DNA from: Kordiimonas sp.
Lineage (GTDB): Bacteria; Pseudomonadota; Alphaproteobacteria; Sphingomonadales; Kordiimonadaceae
Length of the DNA stretch: 64,000 nucleotides
NCBI RefSeq assembly: GCF_048264555.1
Contig: NZ_JBLXCX010000008.1
Location: 16,414 to 80,413 of the forward strand
Direction of reading: 5' to 3'
Positions 19,730-28,728 of this stretch are shown here, one piece after another. The notes under the pieces were generated by a model, which searched no databases, had not been told where the DNA came from, and saw only the letters and a list, made by a program, of their open reading frames with translations. The first letter of the stretch is position 1. Each line of letters opens with the position of its first letter. Position numbers and translations under genes: made by a program.

Positions 19730-20019
19730 TGGTTCAAGTACAGGCAGGTGGTGTCGCAGGTGAGCAGCTTCGTTCTTTTGTAGAGCGTATTGAGCGTTTG
19801 GAAGAAGAGAAGAAGGGTATTGCTGAGGATATCAAAGAGGTCTACGCGGGCGCAAAGGCCGTAGGCTTCGATGTTAAGATTCTAAGACAGGTAATTAGGG
19901 TTCGCAAGATGGACCAAGCTGACCGCCAGGAGCAAGAAGCTCTTCTGGATGTGTATCTACACGCGATCGAAGGAGGTCAACGGATTAGGGCTACTGATGA
20001 GGTAATGGCTGAGGAATAG
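19729..20019 (+). CDS. gapR: Full-length GapR (DUF2312) nucleoid-associated protein, second copy
   Basis: [16 protein letters not shown]...[17 protein letters not shown]...EQEALLDVY, the DUF2312 signature; uses rare codons (CTA, AGA, AGG). Confidence 0.9.
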   Translation: MVQVQAGGVAGEQLRSFVERIERLEEEKKGIAEDIKEVYAGAKAVGFDVKILRQVIRVRKMDQADRQEQEALLDVYLHAIEGGQRIRATDEVMAEE

Positions 20020-20209
20020 TCTCCGATTTGTTGGAAGCAGTGACATGCTTCGCCACTACTTCCATTTATAATCGGAGCGCTGGGGTGGCCCTTTTCGCGT
20101 TTTAATGGATTGCAACAGGGTCTGGGCATGTCCATACGCTGTTGTATATTGATCTTTACATAAGTTCGTTTGCGGACCCAGAAAATCTGGCCTGAGCATA
20201 TGGCTTATT

Positions 20210-20311
20210 CAAGTCCTCCAGAAACTCCGAATCAGGCTCGAATCCGCTCACGAGGAGCCCGGCGCGTGCACGGGTGCAGGCGACAAAAAGAACATGTCGC
20301 TCCGTCTCATA
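20210..20311 (-). pseudogene. Remnant of a UvrD/SF1 helicase C-terminus
   Basis: YETERHVLFVACTRARAGLLVSGFEPDSEFLEDL resembles helicase motif VI (ERxLLYVAxTRAR); upstream sequence shows no recognisable helicase homology. Confidence 0.7.
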
Positions 20312-20512
20312 GTCAGCCCTCGAATACCAGCACACAAATAATGTGAGGGACAATGCCACGTTCAGCGTCCTGATGCAGCGCAACGCTGACCAGAAGATAT
20401 GAGGGTGTTTGTTAGTCTGACGTGCTCCCCAATGTGATCTCACTCAGATTGAGAGGTCCTCCCCTTTTGAACTTGCCCCCATAAGACAGAACTGAGAGTA
20501 AAATCAACGAGT

Positions 20513-20953
20513 TCAAAAAGCGGCGTCCAGAAGCTCCTGCAATTGGCTCTTGTGCTTAGGAGGGATCATGTCGGCGAGGCTGTAGTGGTCCAGCGTTTCG
20601 AAAAAGCTCTCCAGCGCTTCGGCAAGCACCCTCTTTAGCTGGCAGGCCGGAGTGATGATACAAACATTATCTTGTCCGAAGCATTCAACAAGTGGTGAGC
20701 CTTGCTCTATATCCCGCACTAGCTCACCGATATTGATCTCCTTCGGTGCAGATGCCAGCCTGATACCACCGTTCTTGCCCCGTGTGGCCTCAATATACCC
20801 TTTTGCGCTCAGTTGCTGCACGATCTTCATCAGGTGATTTTTGGAGATGTCATAACTTTCCGCAATGTCCCGAATTGTGGCCAGTTTGTCATCGTTGGCT
20901 GCGAGATACATCAGGACACGAAGGGAATAGTCTGTATAGCGGGTGATATGCAT
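20513..20953 (-). CDS. nsrR: Rrf2-family NO-sensing repressor NsrR
   Basis: TDYSLRVLMYLA, RGKNGGIRL and three Fe-S Cys (VECF...VCIITPAC). Confidence 0.9.
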   Translation of the reverse strand: MHITRYTDYSLRVLMYLAANDDKLATIRDIAESYDISKNHLMKIVQQLSAKGYIEATRGKNGGIRLASAPKEINIGELVRDIEQGSPLVECFGQDNVCIITPACQLKRVLAEALESFFETLDHYSLADMIPPKHKSQLQELLDAAF

Positions 20954-20956
20954 AGT

Positions 20957-21370
20957 TCAGGCACTTTCGGGTTTTGACGAGCTGCTTGTTGGCAATCTGT
21001 ACAGATAAACCGAAACAGAAAAGAACAAGGCAGCCAACAGCGTGAGCAGGGGCCATGGCGTGGCCAGATACCAGAGAACAACCCAATTGACCGTCAGCAT
21101 AGCCCAAGCCAGTCGTTTGGCCGCGATGGGTAGGCTGTGCTCCCGTTGCCAGCGCCGGATCGCGGCTCCGTGCCGGGGGTGCGCGACAAGCCATTGCGCG
21201 AACCGCGAGTCCGCTTGTGTCGCTCCCCAGAAGCCTAGTAGCAGAAAAGGTGTTGTAGGTAAAAGCGGCAGGAAAGCGCCCGTGATGCCAAGAGCGAAAC
21301 TCCCAAATGCCAGCAGGCGGTAGAAGCCTCGGCGGTGGTGCGACCAAATGTATCGAATCGTACTTTTCAT
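20957..21370 (-). CDS. YbaN/DUF454 inner-membrane protein
   Basis: GAFLPLLPTTPFLLL and WLVAHPRHG motifs. Confidence 0.9.
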   Translation of the reverse strand: MKSTIRYIWSHHRRGFYRLLAFGSFALGITGAFLPLLPTTPFLLLGFWGATQADSRFAQWLVAHPRHGAAIRRWQREHSLPIAAKRLAWAMLTVNWVVLWYLATPWPLLTLLAALFFSVSVYLYRLPTSSSSKPESA

Positions 21371-21391
21371 CGTCTATCCTCTTGACTTTTT

Positions 21392-21440
21392 AATATGCAT
21401 ATATTTTACATCTTTTAAAGATGTATGTTAAATACATTTT
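21392..21440. promoter_or_regulatory. Two tandem NsrR boxes in the divergent promoter
   Basis: AATATGCATATATTTTACATCTT (21392-21414) and AAGATGTATGTTAAATACATTTT (21418-21440) match the 11-1-11 NsrR consensus AAGATGYAT-N5-ATRCATCTT. Confidence 0.8.
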
Positions 21441-21507
21441 ATAAAGCGAGACACATCACCAATTACTGCGCCCTTGGCTTCGGACATGAAGGGTAAAGGA
21501 GAAGAAA

Positions 21508-22182
21508 ATGACACTGCTGGATACATCGCTGGCACAGTTGGCTCAGGAGCTCCCTGGCGCTACAGCGATATTCAACCATTATAACCTTAGTTTCTGCTGT
21601 GGTGGCAAACACACACTCAGGGAAGCGGCATCAAAGGCATCACTTGACTGTCACGCGCTTGAGGCGGAGTTGTTGCGACTGAGGCCGGAGACAGAGCAGG
21701 ACCATGACTGGACGCAGGCGGAGGATGCCGAGATCATCGCATACCTGCTGAAGCGTTTCCATGAGGTCCATCGCGTGCAGCTTGTGGAGCTGAAGCGGCT
21801 CGCGCACCGGGTAGAAAGTGTGCATGGCGACCGGGAGGAGTGCCCGCATGGCTTGACCGAACACCTGCACCGCATGGCAATGGAACTTGAGCAGCATATG
21901 CAGAAGGAGGAAAGCATTCTCTTTCCTTTGCTGGCTGGTGGGCAGGGTATGATGGCCGGCGGGCCGATACAGGTCATGCTAATGGAGCACGAGGGGCATC
22001 GGGAGGAAGTCGCGCGTATGGATGCGCTGACCGACAACCTGACGTTACCACGCGGTGCCTGCAACACCTGGCGCGCGCTCTACAGTGGTCTTGAAGCCTT
22101 CAAGGCTGATCTTGACGCACATATTCACCTAGAAAACGACGTTTTGTTCGCACGCTATCAGGGAGGGCCCAACCATGGCTAG
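21508..22182 (+). CDS. ytfE: Iron-sulfur cluster repair di-iron protein YtfE/RIC
   Basis: LSFCCGGKHTL, HMQKEESILFP and HIHLENDVLF motifs. Confidence 0.95.
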   Translation: MTLLDTSLAQLAQELPGATAIFNHYNLSFCCGGKHTLREAASKASLDCHALEAELLRLRPETEQDHDWTQAEDAEIIAYLLKRFHEVHRVQLVELKRLAHRVESVHGDREECPHGLTEHLHRMAMELEQHMQKEESILFPLLAGGQGMMAGGPIQVMLMEHEGHREEVARMDALTDNLTLPRGACNTWRALYSGLEAFKADLDAHIHLENDVLFARYQGGPNHG

Positions 22183-24553
22183 ATATTACAGACTCTGGTG
22201 GATACTTATAGCCACTCTTGCCATTACGTTTGGCATCCTGGGGTACTTCGGCAGGGAAGTATACCGAGAGGCACCCCCCATTCCAGGTCTTGTGGTGACG
22301 GAAGATGGCACACCGCTTATGAGCAAGGATAGTATCCTTGATGGCCAAACGGCGTGGCAGTCTGTTGGCGGTATGCAACTTGGCTCCATCTGGGGGCACG
22401 GTGCGTACCAAGCGCCGGACTGGACGGCTGATTGGTTGCACCGTGAGTTGATGGCCTGGCTTGAGCTCGCTGCACAGGATATCTATGGCAAGCCTTATGA
22501 AACTCTGTCGGGTGCGCAGCAGAACAATCTTCAGTATGAGTTGAAACAGGCCTACCGCAGCAACACTTATGATGCCGCAGGCGACATGCTCGTCCTCACT
22601 CAGCGCCGCCAGCGGGCGATCGAACGGACCGCGAACTATTATGACCGGCTGTTTGGTGGTTCGCCCGAACTGCAGCCTACCCGCGAAAGTTATGCTATGA
22701 AGGAGCTCACGCTTCCTGACGCAGACCGCCGTGCAAGGTTGACAGAATTTTTCTTCTGGACCGCATGGGCTGCGTCAACCGAGCGTACGCCGGACGGCGC
22801 AACCTATACTAACAACTGGCCGCACGAACCCTTGGTCGGAAATGTGCCAACGGCGGAGAATGTCGTGTGGTCCATTGTGAGCGTGGTGCTGCTGATCGCT
22901 GGTGTGGGTGGGCTCATCTGGGCTTGGTCCTTCATGCGTGGACAGGATGAAGAGGAGCCTGCGGCCCCTGCCAAAGACCCGCTGACCAGCTTCCGGCTTA
23001 CACCATCGCAACGGGCGCTAGGCAAATATCTCTTTGTTGTCGTGGCGTTGTTTGTCTTTCAGGTTTTCCTGGGAGGGTTTACAGCTCACTATACTGTGGA
23101 AGGGCAAGGATTCTATGGCATTGAGACATCAAAATGGTTCCCCTATACCCTTGTGCGCACTTGGCACATCCAATCTGCTCTGTTCTGGATCGCAACCGGT
23201 TTTCTTGCCGCCGGCCTCTTCCTTGCGCCCATTATCAATGGCGGCAAGGACCCAAAATACCAGAAACTTGGCGTGGATATTCTCTTCTGGGCTCTCATCG
23301 CAGTGGTCGCAGGGTCCTTTATTGGCAACTATCTCGCTATCGCGCAGGTGATGCCGCCGGAATGGAACTTCTGGCTCGGCCATCAGGGCTATGAATACGT
23401 CGACCTTGGACGTCTATGGCAGATCGGCAAGTTCACCGGGGTGGTGCTGTGGCTTGTGCTGATGATGCGTGCCATCGTACCAGCATTAATGCAGCCGGGT
23501 GACAAACACCTGCTGGCGCTCTTTACCGCGTCAGTTGTTGCTATCGGTTTCTTTTACGGTGCTGGCTTTTTCTATGGTGAGCGTACCCATATTTCAGTGA
23601 TGGAATACTGGCGCTGGTGGATAGTGCACTTGTGGGTCGAAGGCTTTTTCGAGGTCTTTGCCACGGCAGCACTCGCTTTCATCTTCAGCAGCATGGGGCT
23701 TGTCTCCAAACGTCTGGCCACGATTGCGGCGTTGGCATCTGCATCGCTCTTTCTCTTGGGCGGTGTACCGGGCACTTTCCACCACCTCTATTTTTCCGGC
23801 ACCACAACACCGGTAATGGCAGTGGGGGCCACTTTCAGTGCACTTGAAGTGGTGCCGCTCATCGTGCTCGGGCACGAGGCCTGGGAACATTGGAAACTTC
23901 GGAACCGTGCGCCCTGGATGGACCAGCTCAAGTGGCCGCTTATGTTCTTTGTCGCTGTGGCTTTCTGGAATATGCTCGGGGCTGGCGTCCTCGGTTTTTC
24001 AATCAATCCGCCGATTGCGCTGTATTACATCCAAGGTCTCAATACCACGGCCACGCACGCACATGCCGCTCTCTTTGGTGTGTACGGCTTCCTTGCGCTT
24101 GGTTTCGCCATTCTGGTGCTGCGTTATATCCGGCCGGCAATGGTTTTTGACGAGAAACTGATGAAAACTGCCTTCTACGGCCTTAATGGTGGGCTTGTGC
24201 TCATGCTGTTCACCAGCCTTTTGCCCGTTGGTATCATCCAGTTTGTCGCCAGTGCATCGGAAGGCCTTTGGTACGCCCGTAGCGAGAGCTTCATGCAGAG
24301 CAATCTGCTCGAAACTTTGCGTTGGGTACGCACCATTGGAGATGTGGTGTTTATCATCGGGGCACTCGCCGTGGCGTGGCAGGTGATCAAGGGCCTCCTC
24401 GACCGTAGTGAACAGCGCCCGCTTGAGAACCAGCCAATACAGCCGGGCATTCATGATAAAATGCCAGCGAGAGCGGCAGTGGGTAGTCAACTGGCTATGA
24501 ATGAGGCCCAGCCGGACAGCATCTGCTGCGGTTCTTGTGGAGGTTCTCATTGA
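22175..24553 (+). CDS. norB: Quinol-dependent nitric oxide reductase (qNor/NorZ)
   Basis: GSIWGHGAYQAPDWTADWLHRE, WWIVHLWVEGFFEVF, GTFHHLYF and HAHAALFGVYG motifs. Confidence 0.95.
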   Translation: MARYYRLWWILIATLAITFGILGYFGREVYREAPPIPGLVVTEDGTPLMSKDSILDGQTAWQSVGGMQLGSIWGHGAYQAPDWTADWLHRELMAWLELAAQDIYGKPYETLSGAQQNNLQYELKQAYRSNTYDAAGDMLVLTQRRQRAIERTANYYDRLFGGSPELQPTRESYAMKELTLPDADRRARLTEFFFWTAWAASTERTPDGATYTNNWPHEPLVGNVPTAENVVWSIVSVVLLIAGVGGLIWAWSFMRGQDEEEPAAPAKDPLTSFRLTPSQRALGKYLFVVVALFVFQVFLGGFTAHYTVEGQGFYGIETSKWFPYTLVRTWHIQSALFWIATGFLAAGLFLAPIINGGKDPKYQKLGVDILFWALIAVVAGSFIGNYLAIAQVMPPEWNFWLGHQGYEYVDLGRLWQIGKFTGVVLWLVLMMRAIVPALMQPGDKHLLALFTASVVAIGFFYGAGFFYGERTHISVMEYWRWWIVHLWVEGFFEVFATAALAFIFSSMGLVSKRLATIAALASASLFLLGGVPGTFHHLYFSGTTTPVMAVGATFSALEVVPLIVLGHEAWEHWKLRNRAPWMDQLKWPLMFFVAVAFWNMLGAGVLGFSINPPIALYYIQGLNTTATHAHAALFGVYGFLALGFAILVLRYIRPAMVFDEKLMKTAFYGLNGGLVLMLFTSLLPVGIIQFVASASEGLWYARSESFMQSNLLETLRWVRTIGDVVFIIGALAVAWQVIKGLLDRSEQRPLENQPIQPGIHDKMPARAAVGSQLAMNEAQPDSICCGSCGGSH

Positions 24554-24563
24554 TGAACCCATC

Positions 24564-24599
24564 CTGCCCGGGGTGTCTGTATGCCCCGGGCAGATTGTT
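24564..24599 (+). terminator. Intrinsic terminator after norB
   Basis: CTGCCCGGGG/CCCCGGGCAG 10-bp stem followed by ATTGTTT. Confidence 0.65.
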
Positions 24600-24607
24600 T
24601 CCAAGAA

Positions 24608-24621
24608 TTGATCCTGCTCAA
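24608..24621 (+). promoter_or_regulatory. FNR-type box
   Basis: TTGAT-CCTG-CTCAA, one mismatch, ~60 bp before ATG 24677. Confidence 0.6.
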
Positions 24622-24676
24622 GCGCCTTTTTCGCTGGCTGTGGTTGTATAGCTGTGCATGGAAGGGAGAATATCCG

Positions 24677-25024
24677 ATGGTAGAGCAATCAGATAGTGGC
24701 AAACCTCTGAATGACCTCGAACGCTATATAGAGATATGTAACGAAGCCTTGGCGCGCAGCTGCGACCAGTTTCCATATAACCGTATATGGCAGGCTGCCA
24801 GCGAAGCGCAGGCTGGCAGGGGCGTTGAATTGGTGTTGGTTGATGAAATGCCGGTTTCAACATGTGAAGTGACTGTTTATAAGGACCATATAGAGCGAGG
24901 ACATGAGGTTGGCGATGCGCCTGTACTGCGCCTGAACAAGAGCTATCTTGAAGATGTGGTCAGCAACCCACAAAAATATATCGACAACCCTACCTTGATA
25001 GATTGGGGTTGGTTGTTCAGGTAG
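24677..25024 (+). CDS. Hypothetical 115-aa protein
   Basis: GGGAG RBS before ATG 24677; C-terminal YLEDVVSNPQKYIDNPTLIDWGWL. Confidence 0.75.
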   Translation: MVEQSDSGKPLNDLERYIEICNEALARSCDQFPYNRIWQAASEAQAGRGVELVLVDEMPVSTCEVTVYKDHIERGHEVGDAPVLRLNKSYLEDVVSNPQKYIDNPTLIDWGWLFR

Positions 25025-25060
25025 CTGGCCATCTGTCGTGAGGATGGATGGCACCATGTG

Positions 25061-26890
25061 TCATGATGCCAGTTTCGTGTTTTTTTCGGCACGTGCCAAC
25101 GGCGAAGACTGTTCTGCCTGCTGTAAATCGGCGTCGTTGGACCAGGCTTTGATATGATGTATGAACTCATTGCTCAGCCGTTCCCTAATTTCCTCTTCTG
25201 CCCAGAAGGGGTTCATGAAGACGCAACGCAACAACACCAGATGGTCATCATCAATTGATCCTCCGTACCCGACTACATGACGCTGGATAACCTTGTGATG
25301 TGAGCTCATGGAAAGAGTTGTCTTTGAGACTGAAAAGTCCGGGCAATCGACAAATTTTTGAAATACAGTGCTGGTCAGCCTGTTAGCTTCACGCAGTGAT
25401 TTTGCCTTGGTGGTTAGAGAGAAACACATGATATTTGTTTCGACTGGGGTGAGGATATGCGCTGTAGGGATGGCTTTCTCGATCTTCTGTTTCACTGCCC
25501 GGCAGGCGTGGATCGTCTGTTCGATCACGGCACCAAGCCCCTTCGGGTTGAAGCCGAGCGTTTTTCCAGTCAGCCATGTGGCAGCAGCACCGGCTGCTGA
25601 GCGCGAGCCCTCAAGCGTCGTAGACCATTTGTCTGGCATTTCCTGTTGGCGTTCGAGGTATGGGGCCTTGAATCCAGAGACGGAATAGGCTTCGTGGTCG
25701 CGGGTGACGATGGCGCCGCAGGCATAGGGCACATAGCCAAGTTTGTGCGGATCTATGGTGACCGAATGCACCTCGGAAATCGAGTTGAGTGCGGCGCTGT
25801 TAGAAACGCTCAGCACCTGTGAACTTGCACCGCCCCGAAGGAGGGTGCATAGGAAACCACCATAAGCCGCATCCACATGATGCCAAATATCCCAGCCTCG
25901 GCGATCTTTCTGGGCATTCAGGATGCCTTGCACCTGGTCTATCGGGTCAATTTCGCCGGTCTCAGTGGTGCCGGCTACGCTCACGACCATGATGATTGGC
26001 CGTTTGGAGCGCTCGGCAACTTCGATTAGCTTTTGCAGAGCGGCAACGTCCATCTTGCCCATGCCGTCGAGGGGAACAGGCCAGAAGGCCTCCTCACCAA
26101 GACCAAAAATATTTACCGCCTTGGTCCAGGAAAAATGCTTGTTCTCTGGCACCAGCAGTACTGGGCCACGATAAGGTATACCGAAAGCGCGGGTCATGCG
26201 TTCGCCAAAGAGGTAGGGGTTGCTTGCCACTGCGCTGCAGCGCTTTAGGGAGTCAATTGGGACACTGTGCTTACAGAGCAACTGGCCAAAGCGTTTCCAG
26301 CCCATATGGGCGGCATCAAACAGGTCAAGTGTTAAACCACGATTTTCCGCGAGGTAAAGCGCCAGGCTCAGCCAGTGATCTTGGCGGAAGCGCGCGCGCC
26401 ATACAGCCTCGAAATTAGCAACCGTGCCGCCCCCGGTTATATGGCCTGTGGCCCGGGCTGGGTTGAACCCCAGCATTTTTGCCAGCATAGCAATAACTTC
26501 TACCTCGACCTTTGAGCCGATGTTGGAGGCGTCACGACTTGTGTTATTGGGGTTGTGCAGCAGCATGGCAAAGTGGCCAAGTAAGGACGGGAGCGTCAGC
26601 TCCGAGACCATATGGCCGATATAACGCGGTGGAAATTTAGGGACTTCTGCCTTCAGCATCTCGTTGAGTTCCTCAAGGCCCTGACTAATGCGTTCCCTCG
26701 CTCTGAGGTAGCCCGGTGACCGTCGATCCTCGGGGCTGGATACACTTGGGTCATTGGTGAAAAGCTGTTTTCGCCAATGGAACCAGTGGTCAAGAGTAGC
26801 TTGGAACTCTGCTCTGACCCAAGCTTCGTTTTCTGCCTTGGGGCCGAGGAAGTAGGCCTGATATGCATTCGAGTGCGCACTGGTTTCCAT
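25061..26890 (-). CDS. Group II PLP-dependent decarboxylase (tyrosine-decarboxylase-like)
   Basis: FLGPKAEN, GHITGGGTVANFEAVW, KHFSWTKA, HVDAAYGG and IDPHKLGYVPY (PLP lysine). AGGAG RBS before ATG 26890. Confidence 0.88.
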   Translation of the reverse strand: METSAHSNAYQAYFLGPKAENEAWVRAEFQATLDHWFHWRKQLFTNDPSVSSPEDRRSPGYLRARERISQGLEELNEMLKAEVPKFPPRYIGHMVSELTLPSLLGHFAMLLHNPNNTSRDASNIGSKVEVEVIAMLAKMLGFNPARATGHITGGGTVANFEAVWRARFRQDHWLSLALYLAENRGLTLDLFDAAHMGWKRFGQLLCKHSVPIDSLKRCSAVASNPYLFGERMTRAFGIPYRGPVLLVPENKHFSWTKAVNIFGLGEEAFWPVPLDGMGKMDVAALQKLIEVAERSKRPIIMVVSVAGTTETGEIDPIDQVQGILNAQKDRRGWDIWHHVDAAYGGFLCTLLRGGASSQVLSVSNSAALNSISEVHSVTIDPHKLGYVPYACGAIVTRDHEAYSVSGFKAPYLERQQEMPDKWSTTLEGSRSAAGAAATWLTGKTLGFNPKGLGAVIEQTIHACRAVKQKIEKAIPTAHILTPVETNIMCFSLTTKAKSLREANRLTSTVFQKFVDCPDFSVSKTTLSMSSHHKVIQRHVVGYGGSIDDDHLVLLRCVFMNPFWAEEEIRERLSNEFIHHIKAWSNDADLQQAEQSSPLARAEKNTKLAS

Positions 26891-26894
26891 AAGC

Positions 26895-28172
26895 CTAACT
26901 CCTGTCACATATGGCTGAGGTGAAGGGAATGCAGTCCACCAACTCGCCTTTGGCTACCGCATCCACCCCCTCGGGGATAACAATCCAGGCATCGCTGCGT
27001 CCAAATGGCGCGGTTTGGAAAGACTGTTGCCTTGCGTCGGCGGTCACGTGTAGTTGTCCTGTCTCATTTGTGGTGAGCTTGCCCATGAGGAACGTAGTCT
27101 TAGCTGAAGCGCCGCGGACCTCATTGGTCAGCCGAGCTGCCAGCGACCGTTCATGTGCGACACCAGAAAGCAAGTGAGCGAAAGGCTTCACAAAGGCTCC
27201 GAGTGCCAGCGCAGTCGAGATCGGGTTGCCAGGCAGACCGAAGAAATATTTACCGCCGGGCAAAGTTGCAAAAAGGATCGGTTTTGCCGGTTTTATCCGC
27301 ACTCGGTGCACGTGGATGCGGGCACCAAAATCTTCCAGTACCGGTTTTACAAAATCATACTGCCCTGCCGACACACCACCGGTGGACAAGATGATGTTGG
27401 CATCCCCTTCAAGTGCGGTTTCAAGTGCTGCCGCGAAATCTTGCGGGGTGTCACGCACAGTAGTGGCGTTGGTAAACTCGACGCCCATGTCCTCACACAC
27501 TGATTGCCCATAAAGTGCGGTAGCATTGTAGATATGCCCGGGCGCAAGCGGTTTGGTGAAGTCATCACTGATTTCTTGCCCGGTGCTTATCCAGCATGCC
27601 TTCGGTCTTTCGAATACCATCACCGATGCAGCGCCACTTGCGCACAGCATGGGCAGGTGTGCGGCCTTGATTCGGGTCCCAGCCTCGAGAAGTAAATCGT
27701 TTGTCGCTATGTCCTGCCCCACAAGGCGGACATGCCTGCCTTTCGGGTATGGGCTTGTGAAGGTCAGGTTTTCGTGATCCCAGCTTGCGGCTTCGACCGG
27801 CATCACGGTGTCCGCGCCGTCAGGCATGGGTGCGCCCGTCATGATCTTTGCTGCCCGCCCGGACACAAGATGGGAGAGACCTGCCGTATCCCCCGCAATG
27901 CTGGCGCCCACGACTAGGAGAGACACAGGCGCATCCTCCGACGCCGCAGCTACGTCTGCGGAGGCAAAGGCGAAGCCGTCCATCGCGCTATTCTCAAAAC
28001 TGGGTACCGCGATCGATGCGTGGATATCAGTAGCCAACACTTTCCCTAGGGCTGCGGAGAGAGGCACCAGGTGCGGTGCTAAAACCTCGGCCGTATCACA
28101 GATAGCCGCAAGGCTGTCTGTGTAGGATTGCATAACCAGTGTATCGGAGCGGATGGGGGCTTGCGCATTCAT
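26895..28172 (-). CDS. moeA: Molybdopterin molybdenumtransferase
   Basis: SAMDGFA, IMTGAPMPDGADTV, STGGVSAG and FGLPGNP motifs; ATGA coupling with mobA. Confidence 0.95.
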   Translation of the reverse strand: MNAQAPIRSDTLVMQSYTDSLAAICDTAEVLAPHLVPLSAALGKVLATDIHASIAVPSFENSAMDGFAFASADVAAASEDAPVSLLVVGASIAGDTAGLSHLVSGRAAKIMTGAPMPDGADTVMPVEAASWDHENLTFTSPYPKGRHVRLVGQDIATNDLLLEAGTRIKAAHLPMLCASGAASVMVFERPKACWISTGQEISDDFTKPLAPGHIYNATALYGQSVCEDMGVEFTNATTVRDTPQDFAAALETALEGDANIILSTGGVSAGQYDFVKPVLEDFGARIHVHRVRIKPAKPILFATLPGGKYFFGLPGNPISTALALGAFVKPFAHLLSGVAHERSLAARLTNEVRGASAKTTFLMGKLTTNETGQLHVTADARQQSFQTAPFGRSDAWIVIPEGVDAVAKGELVDCIPFTSAICDRS

Positions 28173-28726
28173 TGGCAGCACCTTTCGTTTGCGTGAGCGG
28201 GATGGCTGTAAGGGAGATCACCCAGATGATTGAGGTTACGGAAAGCACGGTCCGCGAAGGCCGGTACAGTCAGGAGCGTTGCTTTGTTTGCGCTGAGCAG
28301 ATCACGTAAGCGCGGACCGCTACCTGAAACTATTTCACCCCCGATGGCGGTGAAGGGGAAAACGTAACCATCATACCTTGTCCAATGAGTAACTGATGCA
28401 AGCGGTGCGAGCAGGGCCGGGCTCAGATAGGGCATATCGATAGGTACGACAACATGCCGCTGTCCGGCGCCGGCAGCACGCAGATAGCTCAGAAGGGCGG
28501 GGACCGGCCCAGCAAAAGGCGTTTCATCGGCCACGCCATCTTCAACATCCGGTTTGCCGAGTATGACAACGCGGTCTACACCAGCCTTGAAGAGCAGAGC
28601 GCGCATATGATCGAGCAGCGTGCTGTTGCCCCAGGGTAATGTGGCTTTGTCGTGACCCATACGGCGTGATGCGCCGCCCGCCAGAATGACGCCTAAACAG
28701 CCGCTGTGTGGAAGAGAGCTCAGCAT
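28169..28726 (-). CDS. mobA: Molybdenum cofactor guanylyltransferase
   Basis: VILAGGASRRMGHDKA, GPVPA, DMPYL and NLN motifs. Confidence 0.85.
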   Translation of the reverse strand: MLSSLPHSGCLGVILAGGASRRMGHDKATLPWGNSTLLDHMRALLFKAGVDRVVILGKPDVEDGVADETPFAGPVPALLSYLRAAGAGQRHVVVPIDMPYLSPALLAPLASVTHWTRYDGYVFPFTAIGGEIVSGSGPRLRDLLSANKATLLTVPAFADRAFRNLNHLGDLPYSHPAHANERCCQ

Positions 28727-28728
28727 AA

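Noticed and set aside
20156-20443. 95-aa ORF as an intact gene
   Set aside because: Only the central ~34 codons look like protein (helicase motif VI); treated as a pseudogene fragment.
22175-24553. Possible NO dismutase (Nod) rather than qNor
   Set aside because: Canonical active-site residues are intact (HLWVEGFFE, FHHLY, HAH); Nod-type proteins carry substitutions there.
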